Origin: a virus
Taxonomy: Duplodnaviria > Caudoviricetes
Direction: 5' to 3' (one strand)
Virus record (IMG/VR): IMGVR_UViG_3300049052_000004
Coordinates: 1 to 38,087 of that record
DNA length: 38,087 nucleotides
In this document: one piece after another, positions 8,118-14,028 of the stretch
Layout: the number at the start of each line of letters is the position of its first letter
Numbering within the stretch: the stretch's first letter is position 1
Notes under the pieces: model-generated
Database searches by the model: none
Told to the model about the DNA's origin: nothing
Seen by the model: the letters and a program-made list of their open reading frames with translations, nothing else
Position numbers and translations under genes: made by a program

Positions 8118-8431
8118 ACCCGTGGGCTCTGGCCTGGGACGTCTTCGGCTGGATCGTGCTGGTGTTCGTCGTCGTAATGGTGGTGCTCATCATGCTCGGA
8201 GTCATCGAGCGAGCTTTCAGCAGCATGATCGGTAAGTACCGAGCAGCCAAGCGCGAGCGGACTGAGACCGTAGAAGACTACGACAGCTTCATGGCTCGGG
8301 CTGTGGGGATGTCGTCTAGCCTGTACGGGAGTGACCTACTGCTCGACCGTAAGCAGCACGCCGCGTTCCGTAACGGTGCTCGATGGGCTTGGAGCGACCT
8401 GCACCAGGGCCAGCAAGAAGACACCCCATGA
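8114..8431 (+). CDS. Membrane-anchored hypothetical protein (105 aa)
   Basis: ATGA coupling; N-terminal TM helix VFGWIVLVFVVVMVVLIMLGVI. Confidence 0.75.
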   Translation: MNPWALAWDVFGWIVLVFVVVMVVLIMLGVIERAFSSMIGKYRAAKRERTETVEDYDSFMARAVGMSSSLYGSDLLLDRKQHAAFRNGARWAWSDLHQGQQEDTP

Positions 8432-8646
8432 ACGGCAAAGAGGTCGAGCTGCACGGAGGCCCCTGGCACGGCCGGAAGCTAGTCATCGATCCAGGGTTGA
8501 GGTTCATCACTGTGGCTAAGCCATCTGAGCCCCTGTCGGTCATGGAGGCCAAAGCCGACTTCAAGAATGTGCACTCCATCACTGGCACGTACTCTCAGGT
8601 GGCGAACCGGCCTTACGACTACGAGTGGGACGGGTGGCAGAAGTGA
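8428..8646 (+). CDS. Hypothetical protein (72 aa, ELHGGPWHG...YEWDGW)
   Basis: 4-bp overlaps at both ends. Confidence 0.7.
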   Translation: MNGKEVELHGGPWHGRKLVIDPGLRFITVAKPSEPLSVMEAKADFKNVHSITGTYSQVANRPYDYEWDGWQK

Positions 8647-9590
8647 ACCCGCACCTGAGACTCATCAAGGAAGCTCGGGCTAGCTGGCTGTACCCCATCT
8701 ACGTGCCGAGCTACACTCGGGCAGGTAGAGCACCGTTCTTGGAGCAGCTTCACGGCACGCCTCTCACAGTCCGTAACCGGGTGCACATCGTGGTACGGCC
8801 TGAAGACAAGTCTGACTACAGGAACAGCTACCCGTGGGCGAAGATCGTCGTGGAGGCTCAGCCTGGTATCGGTCCAGCACGTATGCGCTGCTTGATAGAC
8901 GCTGAGGCTCGTGGCTACTCTCGTATCGTGGTAGTGGATGACGACATCGAGAAGGTGTCTCTCCTTCGCCGAGTGGTGAGGCCCGGACAGCCGGACTACG
9001 CTCAACGGTACTCCAGTAGCATCACAGGCATCAGCAAGCCTGCTCTGACCGTGCGCACCTTGGCTGCGACCTGCCTGCTCGCTGATGGGGTGTTCGCTCT
9101 CCGAGAGGATGCCGCTTACGGTGCTGCTCGAAACGCGCTGTTCGCTGGTCCTGTGGCTGATCCACGTATCGGTGCCATGCTGCACAAGCAGAGCTTCCCG
9201 GCCTGTGTCATGCTCATCGACGTCGAGCGCTTCCGTATGCGTGAGATGCCTGAGCCCTTCCACTACCACGGGGAGGATCTAGCCATGTTCCTCGACACCC
9301 TGGAGAGCGGTCAGCGAGCGTTCCAGCTGCCTGCTGTGGCCTATGACCAGAACAGCACCATCCGCACTACCATCCCGCTCGACCCTCTGGATGAGGTCGG
9401 CAGGCCACACCTGGAGTACACTCCCGAGTTCTATCCGAACGTGCACCCGTTCCTCCGAGCTTCCGTCAAGAACAAGCTTGGCGGAGTCATGCGGATAGGT
9501 GTAAACTGGAACCGGCTCTACAAGGCCACCGGAACGGGACCGGACATTATCCCGATGAACGAGCTGCTGCAAGCAACCAAGGAGATCTAA
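8643..9590 (+). CDS. GT-A fold DNA-base glycosyltransferase (TET/JBP-associated, GREB1/JGT-like)
   Basis: YPIYVPSYTR N-terminal motif, GIGPAR, VVVDDDI (DxD), GED; GTGA overlap start; lies in the hydroxymethylase operon. Confidence 0.8.
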   Translation: MNPHLRLIKEARASWLYPIYVPSYTRAGRAPFLEQLHGTPLTVRNRVHIVVRPEDKSDYRNSYPWAKIVVEAQPGIGPARMRCLIDAEARGYSRIVVVDDDIEKVSLLRRVVRPGQPDYAQRYSSSITGISKPALTVRTLAATCLLADGVFALREDAAYGAARNALFAGPVADPRIGAMLHKQSFPACVMLIDVERFRMREMPEPFHYHGEDLAMFLDTLESGQRAFQLPAVAYDQNSTIRTTIPLDPLDEVGRPHLEYTPEFYPNVHPFLRASVKNKLGGVMRIGVNWNRLYKATGTGPDIIPMNELLQATKEI

Positions 9591-9591
9591 C

Positions 9592-10173
9592 GTGTTCATC
9601 GCATTCGAAGGGCCTGACAACACAGGCAAGAGCACTAGTGCTGCACACCTGACGCACAACGGCCAAGCCATCTACAACGCCACCAAGGAGAACTACCAGC
9701 AGGCACGTATCGACCTGGCTGAAGAGCCGGATCTGGTTCAGTGCTTCGACCGTATCGACTGGCTCAGTCACATGGTCTACAGGCTGGCCCTGCCCGAGCA
9801 CGAGTGGAACGACGATCGGGTGCGTACGGTGTTCGCCATGCCGGACACTCACTTGGTGTTCCGAGTGCACGGAGACGCCTACGTCAACGACATCGACGAC
9901 GAGCTGTACGACACCGGAACGGTCGCTCTCGTGAACCCCGTGTACCGGCTCCAGGCCGAGCACCTGGTTCGCCTGAACCGGCACCAGAGCTACAGGCTGT
10001 TCAAGAGCATCTCTGTGGTGGAGGTTCAGTACGACCCCTTCACCGGCTCGTTCCATCAGAGGCTCCTGTCTCATGACAGTGCTGCGTTCGGTTGGTACAC
10101 CGAGCACGACGAGATCGACTCTGACTCTGCGCTGCTCGGGTTGTTCCAAAGTGTCGAGCAGTACACAGTCTAA
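9592..10173 (+). CDS. dNMP kinase (thymidylate kinase-like), probable hm-dCMP kinase
   Basis: MFIAFEGPDNTGKST P-loop; FDR motif; AAGGAG SD. Confidence 0.8.
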   Translation: MFIAFEGPDNTGKSTSAAHLTHNGQAIYNATKENYQQARIDLAEEPDLVQCFDRIDWLSHMVYRLALPEHEWNDDRVRTVFAMPDTHLVFRVHGDAYVNDIDDELYDTGTVALVNPVYRLQAEHLVRLNRHQSYRLFKSISVVEVQYDPFTGSFHQRLLSHDSAAFGWYTEHDEIDSDSALLGLFQSVEQYTV

Positions 10174-10876
10174 GCGAGAGCAGCACCCTCACCTGGGACA
10201 CCTGTTCCTGATAGGGGTGCTGTACAGACGAGCGGCTGATAAGACACTCCCTAAGGCCACACGCAGAGAAGCTGAGGACGAGATCCTCCGCTACCGTGAT
10301 GAAGGCCTCATCCTACAGAAGTACGGCAAGGAGGAACTACTCGTGGCTAAGAAGACCCGAGCCCACACCAAGGATCCCAAGACCTTCACCGGTCAGGGCA
10401 TCCTGTTCGCTGTGGTAGCTGACCGAGAGGCCATGCGGACAGGCCGGGTGAGCACTATCGACGTGATCACCCAGGCCATCGAAGCAGCGCTGGATGCAGG
10501 CCACGAGGACAGCGAGAGCATCGCCAGGTACCTCACGACGAGCGCCTTCCAGCACGAGCCGGACAAGCGTGTGAGGTTCAACAGTGTTCTCAAGGCCAGC
10601 GACGCTGTAGGAGCGCAGATGCTCCGGAAGCTCTACAACAGCTACAACGACCTGGCTGCTCTCATTGATGAGGAGGAAGACCCCCGTAAGAAGGCCGAGC
10701 TGAAGGCTGAGGCGACCGGATTTGCAGAGGCCTTGCAGATTGTCCTCAGCCCGTTCAGCACTGAAGACCCGGAAGACCCCAGGCTCGTTGACTGGGAGCA
10801 AGTCGACCGGCTGACCGAAGCATTCGAGAAGGAACAGCGCTTCGTGCGCAAGGAGAGAAAAGGGAAGCCCCAGTGA
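10151..10876 (+). CDS. Hypothetical protein (start uncertain: GTG 10151, or GTG 10343 with AAGGAGG SD)
   Basis: Open frame filling the gap between kinase and dCTPase; GTGA coupling at the 3' end. Confidence 0.7.
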   Translation: MSSSTQSKREQHPHLGHLFLIGVLYRRAADKTLPKATRREAEDEILRYRDEGLILQKYGKEELLVAKKTRAHTKDPKTFTGQGILFAVVADREAMRTGRVSTIDVITQAIEAALDAGHEDSESIARYLTTSAFQHEPDKRVRFNSVLKASDAVGAQMLRKLYNSYNDLAALIDEEEDPRKKAELKAEATGFAEALQIVLSPFSTEDPEDPRLVDWEQVDRLTEAFEKEQRFVRKERKGKPQ

Positions 10877-11277
10877 GCATTTACGATGAGATCCAGAGCA
10901 AGAAGGCCGCAGCTGAGCAGGCGGGTCAGGGCATGGAATTCCTGCTCGGGCTGCAATCCAAGGTCGAGGCACAGTGGGGACGCACGGTTGACCCTGCTGA
11001 CCCTGAGGCTGTGAGTGGCTACGTGAGAGACGTGGTGCTCTGTGCTACCGACGAGCTTCACGAGCTGCTTGCTGAGGTCCACTGGAAGCCGTGGAAGGAC
11101 AGCAGAGGCATCCGAGACATCGACGCTTACCGGGAAGAGCTGGCCGACGTGCTGCACTTCATCCTGGACCTGTACTTGGCAGCAGGCCTCACGGGGCAGG
11201 ACGTGGTCAACGACTATGTGGCCAAGCATGAAGAGAACCTACGACGGCTGCACAACACGCAGTATCGGATCAGCTGA
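10873..11277 (+). CDS. All-alpha NTP pyrophosphohydrolase (MazG/dimeric dUTPase; T4 gp56 dCTPase-like)
   Basis: DELHELLAEVHWKPWK...EELADVLHF...Y..K..EN..R signature. Confidence 0.85.
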   Translation: MSIYDEIQSKKAAAEQAGQGMEFLLGLQSKVEAQWGRTVDPADPEAVSGYVRDVVLCATDELHELLAEVHWKPWKDSRGIRDIDAYREELADVLHFILDLYLAAGLTGQDVVNDYVAKHEENLRRLHNTQYRIS

Positions 11278-11738
11278 TGCCACGGAGTAGCTGGGACCGG
11301 GTGTGGTCTGACGTAGCCTTGGCCGTAGCTCGGCGAAGCGCGTGCTCTCGGGCTCAGGTTGGTGCTGTACTAGTGAAGGAGAACCGGGTAGTCTCCACCG
11401 GCTACAACGGGCCAGCAAGCGGCCACCCTGCTCCTACTGCACTCGGTTGTCAGGCCTACTGCCTGAGAGCCAAGTCTGGAGCGATAGCTTCCGATGAGTA
11501 CGGGTACTCGTGCCCGAGCATCCATGCTGAGGCGAACGCGCTGCTGTACGCTAGTCGAGCCGATACCGTTGGGGCCACACTCTATGTGACCCACGCTCCG
11601 TGCGCTGACTGTGCCAAGCTCATCAGCAACAGCGGTATCAAGGCGGTCGTCATGCTGGAGCAGCCCCCCGAGCACCGGCCAAACCCCATCCCCTATCTGG
11701 AGTCGTGCAGAATCTGGGTAGGTGTGATGCAGCCATGA
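11277..11738 (+). CDS. dCMP deaminase
   Basis: RSACSRAQVGAVLV, GYNG, HAEANA and PCADC Zn motifs. Confidence 0.92.
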   Translation: MPRSSWDRVWSDVALAVARRSACSRAQVGAVLVKENRVVSTGYNGPASGHPAPTALGCQAYCLRAKSGAIASDEYGYSCPSIHAEANALLYASRADTVGATLYVTHAPCADCAKLISNSGIKAVVMLEQPPEHRPNPIPYLESCRIWVGVMQP

Positions 11739-11878
11739 TGGATGTCGAAGAAGAGCTATACCAGATGAGGGTTCGCCTAGAGATACGCATCAATCGTCAG
11801 TACATGGCTGCTGTGTCTCGTCTTCATCAAGTAGATATCCGCACGGTGTACATCTGGCACGCGACAGGGATAGTGTGA
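11735..11878 (+). CDS. Small hypothetical protein (47 aa, MMDVEEELYQ...), absent from the ORF track
   Basis: ATGA overlap with the deaminase stop and TGATG overlap with the helicase start; fills the gap exactly. Confidence 0.6.
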   Translation: MMDVEEELYQMRVRLEIRINRQYMAAVSRLHQVDIRTVYIWHATGIV

Positions 11879-13257
11879 TGAAACTCCGAGACTCTCAACG
11901 CATAGCGCTAGAACGGCTCTGCGAGCCTGGTAGAACGTTTGGTGCTCTGTGGGCCGAGCCTCGTAGCGGCAAGACAGCCGTGGCGCTGAGCTGGCTGAAC
12001 TACCTGAAGCCTCAGGTGGTTGTGATTGTAGGCCCGAAGATCGCAGAGGCAACCTGGAGAACAGAAGCAGCCAAGTGGCTGACCGTGCCGTACAGGTTCT
12101 TTCCTCTGACAGCAGGCAACACCTACCCAAACCCGAGCGAGTTCCGAGGCATGGCTGTTCTGTTCGTGAACTACGAGCAGTTCAACAAGGCACCCTGGAA
12201 GAGGCTTCGGCCGTACCTGAGCATCCTGGCTAACAGTGTCGACAAGCAAGGGGCGATGTTCCTTGATGAGAGCCACATGATCAAGACCCCTAGCTCGGTG
12301 CAAGGTCGTAACATCAGGCCTCTGGCAGCAAGCTGGAAGTACAGGCTGCTCATGACTGGCACACCGGTCACCAACCCGAGCCAGATCGATGCTGTGTACG
12401 GCCAGTGGACCTTCGTAGACCCGAGCATCAGAGACCACTGGCCTACGGCAAGCGACTTCCGAGAGCACTTCGGAGAGTGGACAACAGTCAAAGGTTTCCC
12501 AGAGCTGATCCGACCCCGTAACCAGTACGAGCTGAACAGGTACCTACAACCCAATGTGATCACTATGGTAGGCCCTGGCAAGCCGGTACCCATCCACAAG
12601 GTGATGCACCGAGTACCGGAGTCAGTTCGTGAGCTGCACCACCAGATGCTGAAAGAGGGTGTCGTGAATGTGGGTGAGCATGAGGTCGTAGGCCTCAATC
12701 CGCTCACGCGGCTCCTTCGCATGCGCACTCTCATGGGTGGCTGGCTGAAGGACGACCAAGGTGTGTCGTTCACAGTCAAGGAGGCTGCTCGGGCTCGACT
12801 GAAGGCTCTCGGCCACACTCTCAGCAAGTGCGAAGGCAAGATCATCGTGGCGTGTACTCACCTGCATGAGGTCAGGCTGGTGCGTCGGTATCTGCGTCTC
12901 AAGGGCATCGGGCATCTGGTCATCACAGGGGCAACCAAAGACAAGAACTACGTCATCGAGCAGTTCCAGCAGGACCGAGAGGCTCGGGTGCTGCTCGTGC
13001 AGCCAAGGACTGTTGCGATGGCCGTAGACATCTCAGTAGCTCAGGACCTCATCTGGTACACGAGCGACTTCAACTACGTCACGTTCAAGCAGGCCAGCGA
13101 CCGGATCAAGCTCTCCCCTGCCAGCCCGCGCGTTTGGTTCCTGTGTGGCCGTGGTACGGTGGATGAAGACGTGTGGACCACTCTCCAAGAAGACCACGAC
13201 CACCTACAGAAGGTGGTCAAGCGAATCAAGAAGCGCGCGCAGCCCTACAAACACTAG
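11878..13257 (+). CDS. SNF2-like superfamily 2 DNA helicase
   Basis: LRDSQ Q-motif, EPRSGKT, FLDESH, MTGTP, QASDRI motif VI. Confidence 0.88.
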   Translation: MKLRDSQRIALERLCEPGRTFGALWAEPRSGKTAVALSWLNYLKPQVVVIVGPKIAEATWRTEAAKWLTVPYRFFPLTAGNTYPNPSEFRGMAVLFVNYEQFNKAPWKRLRPYLSILANSVDKQGAMFLDESHMIKTPSSVQGRNIRPLAASWKYRLLMTGTPVTNPSQIDAVYGQWTFVDPSIRDHWPTASDFREHFGEWTTVKGFPELIRPRNQYELNRYLQPNVITMVGPGKPVPIHKVMHRVPESVRELHHQMLKEGVVNVGEHEVVGLNPLTRLLRMRTLMGGWLKDDQGVSFTVKEAARARLKALGHTLSKCEGKIIVACTHLHEVRLVRRYLRLKGIGHLVITGATKDKNYVIEQFQQDREARVLLVQPRTVAMAVDISVAQDLIWYTSDFNYVTFKQASDRIKLSPASPRVWFLCGRGTVDEDVWTTLQEDHDHLQKVVKRIKKRAQPYKH

Positions 13258-13293
13258 GCCAAGAATCTGTTCAGGAAAAAGTTGCCACAAGGC

Positions 13294-13322
13294 TTGCGCT
13301 CGTGCGGGAGGTCAGGCAAAGT
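13294..13322 (+). promoter_or_regulatory. SigA-like promoter
   Basis: A-tract upstream; TTGCGC-N17-CAAAGT. Confidence 0.6.
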
Positions 13323-13330
13323 TACTCATT

Positions 13331-13421
13331 GTCAGCACGGCACAGCTTCAAGCACTGCTGGCAGGAGGCTCAGGGCCACGGCATCGCGACTGAGACAAGG
13401 TAGCACGGACGGCTACCTCCT
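13331..13421 (+). ncRNA. Candidate structured 5' leader or small RNA
   Basis: Stems GTCAGCA/TGCTGGC, CTCAG/CTGAG and AGGTAGC/GCTACCT, with AGGAGG/CCTCCT as an alternative pairing; begins near the predicted +1. Confidence 0.35.
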
Positions 13422-13462
13422 CACCACCAGCAGCACCCAACCACAATCAAGGAGAAGAAGAA

Positions 13463-13864
13463 ATGGCACCCAAGAACACCACCAAGGCCGCTGTTCTCGA
13501 AGACGAGGTCGTCGAGACGACCGAGCCCACGACCAAGCAGCTCATCAACGAAGGCATCGCCCGAGTCATCGAGGCAACCGGCATCGACGTCCAGAAGAAC
13601 CGCTACAAGGCCATGCGAGCCATCGCATTCGAGGCCTTCGCTCAGTCGATCGAGGCCGGTACGTTCGACGAGCTGGTCGACGCGGCTATCGCCAACGTCG
13701 ACGCTCTCCCGGCTGGCTGGGAGATCGAGCGCTCCGAGAAGGCCGCTCCCGCTCCGAAGGCCGCGAAGACCGCTCCGGTCAAGAAGGCTGCTCCGGTCAA
13801 GAAGGCCGCTGCTGCGAAGGCTGCTCCCGCAGCCAAGACGGGTCGTCGTCGCCCCACGCGCTGA
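13463..13864 (+). CDS. Putative DNA-binding protein with a histone H1-like Ala/Lys/Pro tail
   Basis: KAAPAPKAAKTAPVKKAAPVKKAAAAKAAPAAKTGRRR C-terminus; strong SD and codon bias. Confidence 0.8.
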   Translation: MAPKNTTKAAVLEDEVVETTEPTTKQLINEGIARVIEATGIDVQKNRYKAMRAIAFEAFAQSIEAGTFDELVDAAIANVDALPAGWEIERSEKAAPAPKAAKTAPVKKAAPVKKAAAAKAAPAAKTGRRRPTR

Positions 13865-13871
13865 CCCCCAG

Positions 13872-13910
13872 GAACCCCCGGTACTTGACCCGAGCTTGTA
13901 CCGGGGGTTC
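13872..13910 (+). terminator. Intrinsic terminator-like hairpin
   Basis: Perfect 13-bp stem GAACCCCCGGTAC/GTACCGGGGGTTC followed by TTCAT. Confidence 0.7.
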
Positions 13911-13921
13911 TTCATCCTCTA

Positions 13922-13990
13922 GGGCCACTATTGTAAATGGAAGCAGCCGCTCCTGGTAGCGTAGTCTAGGTTCGAATCCTAGGTGGTCCA
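13922..13990 (+). tRNA. tRNA-like RNA with Ala identity (G3-U70, A73) and a non-canonical short anticodon arm
   Basis: Acceptor GGGCCAC/GTGGTCC+A; U8A9; D arm TTGT-AAATGGAA-GCAG; T arm CTAGG-TTCGAAT-CCTAG; anticodon arm only CGCT-CCTGGT-AGCG; no encoded CCA. Confidence 0.75.
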
Positions 13991-14028
13991 CAACTCAAAA
14001 GCACCACCCGTCAATAGGAGTCCACCCT

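Noticed and set aside
13331-13421. Hammerhead or other known self-cleaving ribozyme
   Set aside because: The CUGANGA and GAAA core is absent and no other ribozyme consensus was recognised
13885-13925. Dedicated promoter for the tRNA-like RNA using TTGACC in the terminator loop
   Set aside because: No acceptable -10 hexamer at 16-18 nt spacing; read-through from the upstream promoter is more plausible
13922-13990. Suppressor tRNA with stop-codon recoding, or a tmRNA
   Set aside because: No CUA/UCA/UUA anticodon; TAG, TGA and TAA all end genes normally; no tag-encoding region between the acceptor strands
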